Shown here piece after piece: positions 29,231 to 39,016 of a stretch of 64,000 bases of DNA. The translations under genes and the position numbers were made by a program. The notes beneath the pieces are model-generated. The model did not search any database and was not told the DNA's origin. It saw nothing but the letters and a program-made list of their open reading frames with translations. The DNA lies in NCBI GenBank assembly GCA_944387575.1, contig CALXFK010000070.1, forward strand, positions 32,620 through 96,619, read 5' to 3'. This DNA comes from an uncultured Clostridia bacterium. GTDB lineage: Bacteria > Bacillota > Clostridia > Oscillospirales > JAAYOS01. How positions within the stretch are numbered: the first letter of the stretch is position 1; each line of letters begins with the position of its first letter.

Positions 29231-30481
29231 ATGAAAAAATACTGGAAGATTTGCTTTACCGTGGGTTTTAGCATCTTTCTGCTCTTTCTTGCCATATACT
29301 ACTGGAACTCGGTAAGCCGCCTGCTGCGGCTGCTTATCGGCGCGGTCTCCCCGCTCATTACCGGCGCGGCGATGGCGTACGCTATAAATATACCGATGAG
29401 CTTCTTCGAGAGGCACTACTTCCCGAAAACCCGGAACAGGCTGCTCCTTCGGAGTCGCCGCCCGGTTTGTATGTTCTCTTCGGTAGTACTGCTACTCGCA
29501 CTGATCTCCCTTGTGGTAAGCCTCGTGTTGCCGCAACTTATAAGCAGTGTCAAACTGATCTTCACACAGCTCCCCAGCTCTATCGAGGATCTTATAGCAA
29601 TTATAGACCGCTTCAACATCCTGCCGGACGACATCATAAATATGCTCGAACAAGTGGACTGGAATTCCCGCATCGGCACAATAATCTCGATGCTCTCCTC
29701 CGGTATCACGAGCGTAGCGGACGCACTGATATCCGCGGTCACGTCGGTGTTCTCCTGGCTTGTAACAGTGTTCCTCAGCCTTATTTTTGCGCTCTACGTG
29801 CTCGGCAGCAAGGAGACCCTCGCGCGCCAGTACCACAAGGTCTCGTCCTACTACCTGCGCGAGCACTGGTGCCACAACATCAACTACCTCTTCCACACCC
29901 TCGACGACTGCTTTCATAAGTTCATCGTCGGACAGTGCACCGAGGCGCTCATTCTCGGCATACTCTGCACGTCTGGGCTCCTCATCCTGCGAATGCCGTA
30001 CGCCACCATGATAGGTACGCTCGTCGCGTTCACTGCGCTTATCCCGATAGCAGGCGCGTATATAGGAGCGGCGGTCGGCGCATTCATGGTGCTCACCGTA
30101 TCCCCCGTCAAGGCGCTTGTGTTCCTCATCTTCCTTGTGTTGCTCCAGCAGTTCGAGGGCAACGTGATATACCCGAAAGTTGTCGGGTACTCGATAGGGC
30201 TCCCCGGCATATGGGTTCTGACAGGCGTCACGGTCGGCGGTGGTCTTTTCGGAGTTATTGGTATGCTCATCGGCGTTCCCATCACCGCCGCCATCTACCG
30301 GCTCGTGCGCGAGGACGTAAACGGGCGCTCTCGTTTCACCGGTTCAGGCAAACTCAGTGACGCAGGCGACCCGCCACAGTCCGTCGTGGTGCCCGCTTCC
30401 ACGGCTCCACCGCCAACCCCAACCCCGGCGCCTGCGCCGTCCGGAAAGACGCGCAGGGGCGGTTCGAAACGCAAACGCTAA
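29231..30481 (+). CDS. AI-2E (PerM/YhhT) family transporter
   Basis: It has eight TM segments and the motif LQQFEGNVIYPKVVGYSIGLPG.WVL. The C-terminal tail is Pro-rich. Confidence 0.88.
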   Translation: MKKYWKICFTVGFSIFLLFLAIYYWNSVSRLLRLLIGAVSPLITGAAMAYAINIPMSFFERHYFPKTRNRLLLRSRRPVCMFSSVVLLLALISLVVSLVLPQLISSVKLIFTQLPSSIEDLIAIIDRFNILPDDIINMLEQVDWNSRIGTIISMLSSGITSVADALISAVTSVFSWLVTVFLSLIFALYVLGSKETLARQYHKVSSYYLREHWCHNINYLFHTLDDCFHKFIVGQCTEALILGILCTSGLLILRMPYATMIGTLVAFTALIPIAGAYIGAAVGAFMVLTVSPVKALVFLIFLVLLQQFEGNVIYPKVVGYSIGLPGIWVLTGVTVGGGLFGVIGMLIGVPITAAIYRLVREDVNGRSRFTGSGKLSDAGDPPQSVVVPASTAPPPTPTPAPAPSGKTRRGGSKRKR

Positions 30482-30513
30482 CTCAGACAGTCACCAAATA
30501 TACGCTATACGTC

Positions 30514-30546
30514 AAAACGGCGAGGGTATCCCTCGCCGTTTTATTT
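30514..30546. terminator. bidirectional intrinsic terminator
   Basis: AAA-ACGGCGAGGG-tat-CCCTCGCCGT-TTTATTTT. Confidence 0.85.
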
Positions 30547-30566
30547 TGTTTTGTTGCTGTTTCAGG

Positions 30567-32048
30567 TCACCTGCGAACCGCGACTGCGGGCGCCGGCGGA
30601 GTGATGCCGGGCGGCGTCATCTTTCTGCGTTCCGAGACCTCGACTCGTTTCTCTCCGAACTCAAAGACGAGTGCACGCTCAACATCAGCCTCCGGCCAGA
30701 GCAGCTCGAGGCGGAAGCGTGTACCGCTCTCCCACACGCCGTTCGCCCAGCACTCCCTTGCGAACTGCCAGGGGGACGGGAACCGGTTGTACCGGCGTGT
30801 ACCGTTCATCGCAAACTCGAGAGAGCAGCCGGTACGGTCGTCCGCGGTCCAGGATATTCTACCGTCCATCACGCCGAATTCGATGTCGAACTCGCGCGCC
30901 TGAACTTCGACTTTCGCCCCCATCGCATTGCAGTAGAGGTCGAAACTCCCGCTCTCCACTATGTACCGTCCGGAGGCGGCAGCCTTTCCCTCCGAGTATG
31001 GCGCATACTCGGGTGCGGTGACCGCCAGCGAGCGCATCCTGCGCGCAAGCGCTGCCTGCGCATCGGGATTCTCGGCGAGCTCACCGTCGCTCACCGCCGG
31101 CATCAGGTACTCCCAGACGCAGTCAAGAGTCTTTTGAGCCTGCATGGTATGTTCGTTTATCGAGACTATCATGTCCTTCGACGGAATGACTATCGAGAAC
31201 TGTCCCGCCGCGCCGTCCGCACGGTACGCGCCGGGATACCGGCACATCCACATCTGGAATCCATAGCCCACAAAGTTGTCCGATGCGGTCGGGTTGCCCT
31301 TAGCCTCGCTTGCCGAGTCGTTCTGGAAGCTTGTGGCGAGCCGCACATACTCCTCCGAGAGTATCCGCTCCCCCTCCCACACTCCGCCGTCCGCATACAG
31401 CTTCATCAGCCGGAGATTGTCCTCCGTGGTGGAAACGGCGCGCCACGCCCACATGTCGCGGTCGGCAGGGGCGGGCGAATAGGTCAGATTGTCGGGGTCG
31501 ATGCCGATCTTCACGAAGAGCTTTTCGGCGAGGTACTCATAGACGTTCTTCCCGGTCAGCTTTTCGATTATCTTTCCGAGGAAGGTGGAGCCGACGCTGT
31601 TGTAGAAAAAGGCGGTGCCCGGGCGGTTATTGAGCGGCATTGCAATAAAGTTTTTCACCCAGTCTCCGTCGTCCGGTGGGAAAGCGGTCATACCGCTGCC
31701 CATGCAGAGTACGTTGCGCACAGTGAGCTCGTTGATATACGGCGAGGGATTTTCCGGGGCAAACTCGGGGAAGATATCGACCAGCCGGTCCTCTATCTTC
31801 AGGAGTCCCTCGGTGACCGCGATGCCGATAGCGGTTCCCATATACGTCTTTGTAAGCGAGTTGCACATATGTGGAGTGCCGGGTGCGAACGGCGCCCACC
31901 ATCCCTCGGCGCACACCTTTCCGTGCCGCATTATCATGAGTCCGTGCATCTGCGTATGACCGCCCTCCAGGCTGTCGAGGAACCGGGCTATTCCCTCGGA
32001 CGAGATACCCACCGATTCGGGCGTAACCCTTTCAAACTCCTTGCGCAT
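30567..32048 (-). CDS. beta-lactamase-fold serine hydrolase with a C-terminal extra domain (paralogue A)
   Basis: The SxxK motif is NSLTKT, set in a class-C/esterase-like context. The ATG at 32048 follows GAAAGGAGAG. It is a paralogue of 34584-36089. Confidence 0.8.
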   Translation of the reverse strand: MRKEFERVTPESVGISSEGIARFLDSLEGGHTQMHGLMIMRHGKVCAEGWWAPFAPGTPHMCNSLTKTYMGTAIGIAVTEGLLKIEDRLVDIFPEFAPENPSPYINELTVRNVLCMGSGMTAFPPDDGDWVKNFIAMPLNNRPGTAFFYNSVGSTFLGKIIEKLTGKNVYEYLAEKLFVKIGIDPDNLTYSPAPADRDMWAWRAVSTTEDNLRLMKLYADGGVWEGERILSEEYVRLATSFQNDSASEAKGNPTASDNFVGYGFQMWMCRYPGAYRADGAAGQFSIVIPSKDMIVSINEHTMQAQKTLDCVWEYLMPAVSDGELAENPDAQAALARRMRSLAVTAPEYAPYSEGKAAASGRYIVESGSFDLYCNAMGAKVEVQAREFDIEFGVMDGRISWTADDRTGCSLEFAMNGTRRYNRFPSPWQFARECWANGVWESGTRFRLELLWPEADVERALVFEFGEKRVEVSERRKMTPPGITPPAPAVAVRR

Positions 32049-32125
32049 AACTTCTCTCCTTTCGTTTTCCGGTCTGTTTTTTACCATTTTACACGACCGC
32101 AGGCGTCAAATCAAGCGCAAAACGC

Positions 32126-32162
32126 AAAACCGGAGCACCGCATTCCGCGGTGCTCCGGTTTT
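32126..32162. terminator. bidirectional intrinsic terminator after gpmI
   Basis: AAAA-CCGGAGCACCGC-attcc-GCGGTGCTCCGG-TTTT. Confidence 0.88.
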
Positions 32163-32181
32163 GCGTTCCGGTATGTCCGGT

Positions 32182-33693
32182 TTACTTTATGAGGCTGTGC
32201 CCGGTCATCTCCTCCGGCTTGCCGAGACCCATGAGGTCGAGCATGGTGGGGGTGATGTCCGCAAGACGACCGTTCTCAAGGCGGACGTCCGCGCCGATTA
32301 TCACGAACGGAACCGGGTTAGTGGTGTGCGCGGTGAACGGGCTCTTGCCATCGGTGTCGTACATCTGGTCGGCATTGCCGTGGTCGGCGGTGATAATGGT
32401 TATGCCGCCCACACGCTTCATCGCGTCAACTACGCGACCTACGCACTCGTCAACCGTCTCGACCGCCTTGATGGCAGCCTCCATCACGCCGGTATGACCC
32501 ACCATATCGCAGTTCGCATAGTTCAGGATTATGACGTCGTACTCGCCGCTGTCTATCCGCTTTATGACCTCGTCGGTGACGAGGTACGCACTCATCTCGG
32601 GCTGCAGGTCGTAGGTCGCGACCTTGGGCGAGGGGATGAGGACGCGGTCTTCGCCGGGGTAGACAGTCTCCACTCCGCCATTGAAGAAGAAGGTGACATG
32701 CGCATACTTCTCGGTCTCAGCGATACGGAGCTGACGCAGACCGAGGCGGCTCACATACTCACCGAAGGTATTTGCAAGCTCCTCCTTGCCGAATGCGATA
32801 TGGACGTTCGGCATCTCCGCATCGTACTGCGTCGTGCAGACGTAATGGACCGGGAAGTACCCGTTTTTCCGCACAAACCCGGAGAACTCGGGGTCGACAA
32901 ACGTACGGGTTATCTCGCGTGCACGGTCGGGACGGAAGTTCATAAACACGATGCTGTCATTCTTGGCTATCGGCTTGAATCCGTCGATAACCACCGGCTC
33001 GATAAACTCATCGGTGACGCCTGCGTCATAGCTTGCGCGCACCGCCGCGACCGGGTCTGCGGCATGGTTGCCCTCGCCCGCAACAAGCGCATTATACGCG
33101 CGCTCGACACGCTCCCAGCGGTTGTCGCGATCCATTGCGTAGTAGCGCCCTATGACGGTACCGATCTTCGCGCCGTTTGCCGCGCAGACCTCTGCGGTCT
33201 CCGCCACAAAACCTGCGCCCGACTCGGGAGCGGTGTCCCGCCCGTCCATAAAGCAGTGGACAAACACGCGCTCAAGCCCCATGCGGTGGCAGAGCTCGAT
33301 CATCGCGTGGATGTGCTTATAGTGGCTATGGACCCCACCGTCGCTCATCAGACCAAAGATGTGCAGGGCGGTGCCATTTGTCAGGCAGTTCTGCACCGCG
33401 TCGCGATACGCCTTGTTGTCAAAAAAGCTGCCGTCCTCGATGGCACGGGTGATCTTGGGAAGGTCCTGGAACACGACGCGACCGGCGCCGATATTCGTGT
33501 GACCGACCTCACTGTTTCCCATCTGCCCGTCGGGAAGCCCGACGTCGAGTCCGCTTGCGCTTAGCTGGCAGCGCGGGTTCGCGGCAAAAATACGGTCAAT
33601 ATTGGGGGTGTTGGCGCGGTAGATGGCGTTGCCATCCCCTGCCGGCGCCACACCAAAACCGTCCAGAATAACTAAAGTTACAGGAATTTTCAT
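32182..33693 (-). CDS. gpmI: 2,3-bisphosphoglycerate-independent phosphoglycerate mutase
   Basis: LVILDGFG, GNSEVGHTNIGAGR and ITADHGNA are present. It is 503 aa. Confidence 0.95.
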   Translation of the reverse strand: MKIPVTLVILDGFGVAPAGDGNAIYRANTPNIDRIFAANPRCQLSASGLDVGLPDGQMGNSEVGHTNIGAGRVVFQDLPKITRAIEDGSFFDNKAYRDAVQNCLTNGTALHIFGLMSDGGVHSHYKHIHAMIELCHRMGLERVFVHCFMDGRDTAPESGAGFVAETAEVCAANGAKIGTVIGRYYAMDRDNRWERVERAYNALVAGEGNHAADPVAAVRASYDAGVTDEFIEPVVIDGFKPIAKNDSIVFMNFRPDRAREITRTFVDPEFSGFVRKNGYFPVHYVCTTQYDAEMPNVHIAFGKEELANTFGEYVSRLGLRQLRIAETEKYAHVTFFFNGGVETVYPGEDRVLIPSPKVATYDLQPEMSAYLVTDEVIKRIDSGEYDVIILNYANCDMVGHTGVMEAAIKAVETVDECVGRVVDAMKRVGGITIITADHGNADQMYDTDGKSPFTAHTTNPVPFVIIGADVRLENGRLADITPTMLDLMGLGKPEEMTGHSLIK

Positions 33694-33768
33694 AATAGAC
33701 TATATTGCCTTTCCATTCAGATCAGGCTTTTCTCAGATTGCGAGCGTGCGCCCATGACCTGTTTAATA

Positions 33769-34539
33769 TTACTGGTTTGCCGCCTCAACTATCGCGGTAA
33801 AGTCAGGAGCCTTGAGCGACGCGCCGCCGATAAGCCCGCCGTCGACGTCCGGCTGTGCGAGCAGCTCGGAGGCGTTCTTGGCGTTCATCGAGCCGCCGTA
33901 CTGGATGGTGACTGCGCGCGCGGTACGTGCGCCGTACATCTTGCGGATGGTAGCACGGATGAGCTCGCAGATCTCGTTTGCCTGCTCGGCAGTGGCGGTA
34001 CGCCCGGTGCCGATAGCCCAGATGGGCTCGTAGGCTATGACCATCTTACGTACCTTGTCCTGCGGAACTCCTGCGAGAGCTGCCTTGACCTGCATCGCTA
34101 TGAGCTCGTGGGTGATGCCCATGTCGCGCTGCTCGAGACGCTCACCCACGCAGACTATCGGGTGCAGACCCGCCTCAAGCGCGGCAAGGACCTTCTTGTT
34201 TACCAGCTCGTCGGTCTCGCCGAAATACTCACGGCGCTCCGAGTGACCAATTATGACATACTTGACGCCAAGGTCCTTCAGCATCGCCGCCGAGACCTCG
34301 CCGGTGTACGCGCCGCTCGCCTCGTGGTGCATATTCTGCGCACCGACTGCAATACGGGTGTCCTTCAGAGCGCGAAGAGCCATCGGGATGTCGACAAACG
34401 GCACGCAGCAAACGACTTCGCACCACTTTATCTTGCCCACACTCTGCTTGATCTCGTCAAGCAGAGCCTTGCCCTCGCTTGCGGTCTTGTTCATCTTCCA
34501 GTTGCCGGCGATTATGGTCTTACGGTATCTCCTGTTCAT
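33769..34539 (-). CDS. tpiA: triosephosphate isomerase
   Basis: IIAGNWKMNKT, IIGHSERR, AYEPIWAIGTG and GGASL are present. The ATG at 34539 follows AAGGAG. The track start at 34773 was rejected. Confidence 0.95.
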   Translation of the reverse strand: MNRRYRKTIIAGNWKMNKTASEGKALLDEIKQSVGKIKWCEVVCCVPFVDIPMALRALKDTRIAVGAQNMHHEASGAYTGEVSAAMLKDLGVKYVIIGHSERREYFGETDELVNKKVLAALEAGLHPIVCVGERLEQRDMGITHELIAMQVKAALAGVPQDKVRKMVIAYEPIWAIGTGRTATAEQANEICELIRATIRKMYGARTARAVTIQYGGSMNAKNASELLAQPDVDGGLIGGASLKAPDFTAIVEAANQ

Positions 34540-34583
34540 TGTTAAAAAGCTCCTTAAATCTTTGTCCTTTTTTCGGTCGCCAC

Positions 34584-36089
34584 TCAGAGCGACCTTATAG
34601 TCTCGGTATCCATCGAATGGGTGAGCATATTCGGCTGCTGCGTGATTATCGCAAGCTCTCCCGCGTCTCCGCTGAGCTCGAGCGTGAACGCCACGGTGCT
34701 CGCGGCTTCCACAACATGAACTCTGAGCTCGAGCATGCTCTCTGAGCTCCATGCGCCGTATGCGTATACCCACTCGGGCAGATCATGCGGAACGTTCAGC
34801 CTGCTAAGTCTCGCAAGACCGTCGAAGCTGACGTGGAGGAGCTGCTCCTCCCCCGCAAATTCGAGGCGCAGCAGCATCTCGCCATCGCCCTCACCCCGTT
34901 CAAAGCGCAGTTTATCCAGCCCGAACCGCATAAGCGCAGTGAGCTTTCCCCAAACCACAGGGTAGAAGGTAAGACGGTTGGACGGGAATTCCCAGGTCCT
35001 GCCGCAGAGCTCTCCCGCTCTCGCGGAGACCGGCTTTACGGCAAGAGTACGCGGTGCGGCAAGAGTCGCTATGCGGCGCATGAGCGATGCGTCCGCCTCG
35101 GGGTCCTCAGGCAGACTCCCGTCGGACACCTCGTCACAGAACCGCTCCACCGCATCGAGCACCACGTCGTTTACGTTAAACGAACCGCTCTCTGTTATCG
35201 ATATGGTGAGTCCCCTGTCGCGGTACATTATTGTGTACTGTCCGCCCGCGCCATCAAAGCGCGGTGCGTTGTGCGGCTGACCCAGCCAGGTCTGATACCC
35301 GTACCCGAGGTCTTTGGAGTGCGCGCCGCGGAATAGGAACTGCGCGCCGAGCGCCTGCTCGACCCACTCCTCCGAGAGGATCCGCTCACCCTGCCACACT
35401 CCACCATTCATGTACAACAGACCAAGACGGAGATTGTTTTCGGTAATCGTGATCATTCCGCCACCGCCATACTCCAAACCGTCCGCATGCGTCATCCACT
35501 TAATGGTTTCTGGGTCTATGCCGATTTTGTTAAAGAGTTCCCGCGTGAGAAACTCCTTCACACCGCAGCCCGCGACCTTACGTACTATAACGCAGAGCAT
35601 TGCAGTGAAGTTTCCGCTGTAAAAGAAGGTCGAGCCGGGCTCGTGGGTCATCTCACAGCGAAAAAAATCTCTCTCCCAATCGGGAAGCGTTATGTCGGGA
35701 AGGGTGGTCATGCCGCTCGTCATGGTGAGCAGATGGCGCACCCGCATTTTTTTGAGGTTTTCCGGGATAACATCAGGCATGTATTCAGACAGGAGCTCAC
35801 ACACAAGGTCGTCTACCGACAGCTTCCCCTGCGTTACGAGAATGCCTATCGCGGTCGCCGAGTACCCCTTTGAATGCGACGCGAGCATGTGCGGCACCGC
35901 TGGTGAATACGGCTGCCACCACGCCTCACAGCACACCTTGCCATCGCGCGCAATCATTATGCTGTGCGGGTCGGTTATCCGCTCAAGCTCGCACATCAGC
36001 CGCTCGAGCGCTCCCGCCGGTACTCCAACACTCTCCGGCGCGACACGCGGGAGTTCCGCGCGCGCGCCGGCAGCAAATCCGGATTTCAT
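34584..36089 (-). CDS. beta-lactamase-fold serine hydrolase (paralogue B) embedded between pgk and tpiA
   Basis: The SxxK motif is ASHSKG. It shares blocks with paralogue A (NNLRLG.LYMNGGVWQGERILSEEWV, GYGYQ.W, DGAGGQ). Its ATG lies 2 nt after the pgk stop. Confidence 0.8.
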   Translation of the reverse strand: MKSGFAAGARAELPRVAPESVGVPAGALERLMCELERITDPHSIMIARDGKVCCEAWWQPYSPAVPHMLASHSKGYSATAIGILVTQGKLSVDDLVCELLSEYMPDVIPENLKKMRVRHLLTMTSGMTTLPDITLPDWERDFFRCEMTHEPGSTFFYSGNFTAMLCVIVRKVAGCGVKEFLTRELFNKIGIDPETIKWMTHADGLEYGGGGMITITENNLRLGLLYMNGGVWQGERILSEEWVEQALGAQFLFRGAHSKDLGYGYQTWLGQPHNAPRFDGAGGQYTIMYRDRGLTISITESGSFNVNDVVLDAVERFCDEVSDGSLPEDPEADASLMRRIATLAAPRTLAVKPVSARAGELCGRTWEFPSNRLTFYPVVWGKLTALMRFGLDKLRFERGEGDGEMLLRLEFAGEEQLLHVSFDGLARLSRLNVPHDLPEWVYAYGAWSSESMLELRVHVVEAASTVAFTLELSGDAGELAIITQQPNMLTHSMDTETIRSL

Positions 36090-36091
36090 GA

Positions 36092-37282
36092 TTACTTGTC
36101 CTCGAGGCAGGCGATGCCCGGAAGCTCAAGTCCCTCAAGGAACTCGAGGCTCGCGCCGCCGCCGGTCGAGATGTGGGTCATCTTGTCGGCATAACCGAGC
36201 TGCTGAACCGCAGCAGCGCTGTCGCCGCCGCCGATTATGCTGATGGCGCCGCTCTCTGCGACCGCCTTGGCTATCGCCTTGGTGCCCACCGCAAACCGCT
36301 CAAACTCGAACACGCCCATCGGTCCGTTCCAGACCACAGTGCCGGCGTTCGCTATCGCGTTGCTGAACTCCTTGATGGTGTCCGGTCCGATGTCGAGACC
36401 CATGAGGTCGTCCGGTATTTCGTCGGTCTTTACGACGGTGGACGGAGTATCCGCGGCAAAGCTCTCGCCGGTGAGAGTGTCGACCGGCAGCAGGAACTTG
36501 ACGCCCTTCGACTTCGCCTTCTCTATCATTTCGCGAGCATAGTCGAGCTTATCCTCTTCGCAGAGGCTCTTGCCTATCTTTCCGCCCTGCGCCTTGACAA
36601 AGGTGTAAGCCATGCCGCCACCGATTATTATGGTGTCGACCTTCTCAAGCAGGTTGTTTATAACGCCTATCTTGTCCGAAACCTTCGCGCCGCCGAGTAT
36701 CGCGACAAACGGACGCTTCGGGTCGGACAGAGCCTTGCCCATTATGCCAATTTCCTTGCTGATAAGGTATCCGCAGACAGCCGGCAGATAATCGGCAACT
36801 CCGGCGGTGGAGGCATGTGCGCGGTGAGCGGTTCCGAACGCATCGTTGACATAGATGTCGGCGTAGCTCGCGAGCTTCTTTGCAAACTCGGCGTCGTTCT
36901 TCTCCTCCTCCTTATGGAAGCGGACGTTCTCCAGCATGACCACCTCACCCGGCTTGACGGCGGCGCAGAGTGCGTCAGCACTTGGACCGATGACGTCGGC
37001 GGCAAGCTTGACTTCGCAGCCGAGCAGCTCGCCGAGGCGCTTAGCGACCGGGGCAAGGGTGTACTTCGGCTTGAACTCGCCCTTCGGACGACCGAGATGC
37101 GAGCAGAGAATCACGGCGGCGCCATGGTCGCGGAGGTACTTGATGGTGGGCAGCGCGCCGATTATACGGTTCTCGTCGGTTATGTTTCCGTTCTCGTCCT
37201 GCGGCACGTTGAAGTCGCAGCGGACCAAGACCTTCTTGCCCTTGACGTCCACATCTTCAATGCTCTTCTTGTTGTAGTTCAT
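36092..37282 (-). CDS. pgk: phosphoglycerate kinase
   Basis: [18 protein letters not shown] and [13 protein letters not shown] are present. It is 396 aa. Confidence 0.95.
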   Translation of the reverse strand: MNYNKKSIEDVDVKGKKVLVRCDFNVPQDENGNITDENRIIGALPTIKYLRDHGAAVILCSHLGRPKGEFKPKYTLAPVAKRLGELLGCEVKLAADVIGPSADALCAAVKPGEVVMLENVRFHKEEEKNDAEFAKKLASYADIYVNDAFGTAHRAHASTAGVADYLPAVCGYLISKEIGIMGKALSDPKRPFVAILGGAKVSDKIGVINNLLEKVDTIIIGGGMAYTFVKAQGGKIGKSLCEEDKLDYAREMIEKAKSKGVKFLLPVDTLTGESFAADTPSTVVKTDEIPDDLMGLDIGPDTIKEFSNAIANAGTVVWNGPMGVFEFERFAVGTKAIAKAVAESGAISIIGGGDSAAAVQQLGYADKMTHISTGGGASLEFLEGLELPGIACLEDK

Positions 37283-37335
37283 TTCGTCAGACTCCCTTCA
37301 AAAAGTATAAAAACCATTAACTACGTAAATTGATA

Positions 37336-37354
37336 GCGTATCACACCGATACGC
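37336..37354. promoter_or_regulatory. 7-bp-arm palindrome abutting the pgk -10 box
   Basis: GCGTATC-acacc-GATACGC lies immediately downstream, in the pgk orientation, of the TATAAT box. Confidence 0.45.
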
Positions 37355-37383
37355 ATTATAGTACACATTCAGGGTAGTTTCAA
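37355..37383 (-). promoter_or_regulatory. near-consensus sigma-70 promoter of the pgk operon
   Basis: The minus strand reads TTGAAA-N17-TATAAT. Confidence 0.7.
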
Positions 37384-37441
37384 GTGCCATATTGCGATTT
37401 TTTGCGGAATTGGCAGATTTTCTTCTATTCACAAACTTTTC

Positions 37442-37470
37442 AAAAAAACCCGGCGCAAATGAGCCGTTTT
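37442..37470 (-). terminator. weak terminator after trmL
   Basis: The minus strand reads CGGC-tcatttgc-GCCG-GG-TTTTTTT. The stem is short but the U-tract is 7 nt. Confidence 0.45.
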
Positions 37471-37501
37471 AACCATAAATGTCCGCGAGCCGACGTTTTT
37501 T

Positions 37502-37984
37502 TCAACCGGGCAACGTCCCCTGATCCCTCAGATGTGGAAACCCAAGCTGCCGCAGCGCCTCGAACAACACCACCGCTGCCGAATTTCCAAGGTTCAGTGA
37601 ACGTGCCTCTGCGCGCATAGGTATGCGTATGCAGCTCGCATAGTTCTCACGCAACAGGTCCTCAGGCAGACCGCGGGTCTCCTTCCCGAAAAACAGGTAG
37701 TCTCCATCCCGGAAGTCCGCCCCTGTGTACACGCGCGCCCCTTTCGTCGACGCATACCAGCATCGAGCACCGGGATTTCTCTCCCGAAAGGTCTCAAGGT
37801 TCGGGTAGGTCAGCACCTCCACGAGGTGCCAGTAGTCCAGCCCCGCACGCTTGACCGCGCGGTCACTTATGTCGAAACCGAGTGGCTCTATAAGGTGGAG
37901 CCTCGTGCCGGTCGCGGCGCATGTGCGAGCTATGTTCCCGGTGTTCGAGGGTATCTCAGGCTCAAGCAGAACGATATTCAGCAT
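37502..37984 (-). CDS. trmL: tRNA (cytidine(34)-2'-O)-methyltransferase (SpoU/TrmL)
   Basis: MLNIVLLEPEIPSNTGNIARTCAATG..LHLI.PLGF and SLNL.NSAAVVL.EALRQ are present. The ATG at 37984 follows GGGAGG. Confidence 0.9.
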   Translation of the reverse strand: MLNIVLLEPEIPSNTGNIARTCAATGTRLHLIEPLGFDISDRAVKRAGLDYWHLVEVLTYPNLETFRERNPGARCWYASTKGARVYTGADFRDGDYLFFGKETRGLPEDLLRENYASCIRIPMRAEARSLNLGNSAAVVLFEALRQLGFPHLRDQGTLPG

Positions 37985-38164
37985 TTCAAAACCTCCCAGC
38001 GCCCATTTTAAGGCGCTGACCCCTATTATCGCATATTTGCGCCGCGCGAGCAAGAAAAACCTTTGCGTTCCCCGCTGTAATGTGATACAATAAATGCGCT
38101 TTTATACTACACGCTCCCGCGGCGCGCCGCGGCGCTGTGAAATTTGTAAATTTGGGACGGAAAA

Positions 38165-39016
38165 ATGTACGGCGGAAAGATAAATACACTTGTAGTGAAG
38201 GTAGGAAGCTCCACCCTCACCCACGAGAACGGAAAACTCAATTTCAGGAACATGGAGCTGATAAGCCGTGTCATCTGCGACATCGCCAACACCGGCGTGC
38301 GGGTCGTACTCGTGAGCTCGGGTGCGCAGGCCGCGGGAATGGGCGCGCTCGGTCTTGCCGAGAAACCGACCGAGGTCAAAATGAAGCAGGCGGCCGCCGC
38401 AGTGGGTCAGGTCGCACTAATGTATACATACGACAAGCTGTTCAGCGAGTATGGGCGGAGTATCGGGCAGATACTGCTCAACCGCGCCGACGTCGACAAC
38501 TCGGCGCACCGCGCAAATCTTGTCAGCACCTTTGAGGCGCTGCTCGAGCTCGGCGTTGTCCCGATAGTAAATGAGAACGACAGCGTCACTATCGACGAAC
38601 TCATAATTGGTGACAACGATACACTCAGCGCGGTCGTCGCCGAGCTTGTGCGCGCGGATGCGCTCGTCATGCTCACCGACATAGGCGGTCTATACACCGC
38701 AAACCCGCACACCGACCCGTCCGCTCGCCTTATCCCGGTAGTCGCGGACATCGACGCAGTCGAGAATCTCGCAGGGGGCGCGGGTTCAAATCGCGGCACC
38801 GGCGGAATGGCGACCAAGCTCGCCGCCGCGCGCCTCGCCTGCGCACAGGGCATAGATACCATAGTCGCATCCGGAGCCGACCCGTCGGTGCTCTACGACG
38901 TGGTCGAGGGGCGTCCTGTGGGCACACTCTTCGTCGCGCCGCACTGTCTGAACACCGCCTCCACAGACGTCTGTGACAACACTCAGGAAGAACAGGAAAG
39001 GACGGAGATCTTATGA
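38165..39016 (+). CDS. proB: glutamate 5-kinase (short form without a PUA domain)
   Basis: LVVKVGSSTLT, VLVSSGA and ENDS....E...GDND.LSA are present. It is 283 aa. Confidence 0.92.
   Translation: MYGGKINTLVVKVGSSTLTHENGKLNFRNMELISRVICDIANTGVRVVLVSSGAQAAGMGALGLAEKPTEVKMKQAAAAVGQVALMYTYDKLFSEYGRSIGQILLNRADVDNSAHRANLVSTFEALLELGVVPIVNENDSVTIDELIIGDNDTLSAVVAELVRADALVMLTDIGGLYTANPHTDPSARLIPVVADIDAVENLAGGAGSNRGTGGMATKLAAARLACAQGIDTIVASGADPSVLYDVVEGRPVGTLFVAPHCLNTASTDVCDNTQEEQERTEIL

Noticed and set aside
30357-33564. Long plus-strand ORFs 30357-32192 (611 aa) and 32041-33564 (507 aa).
   Set aside because: They are antisense to the serine hydrolase and gpmI genes, both of which have unambiguous motifs.
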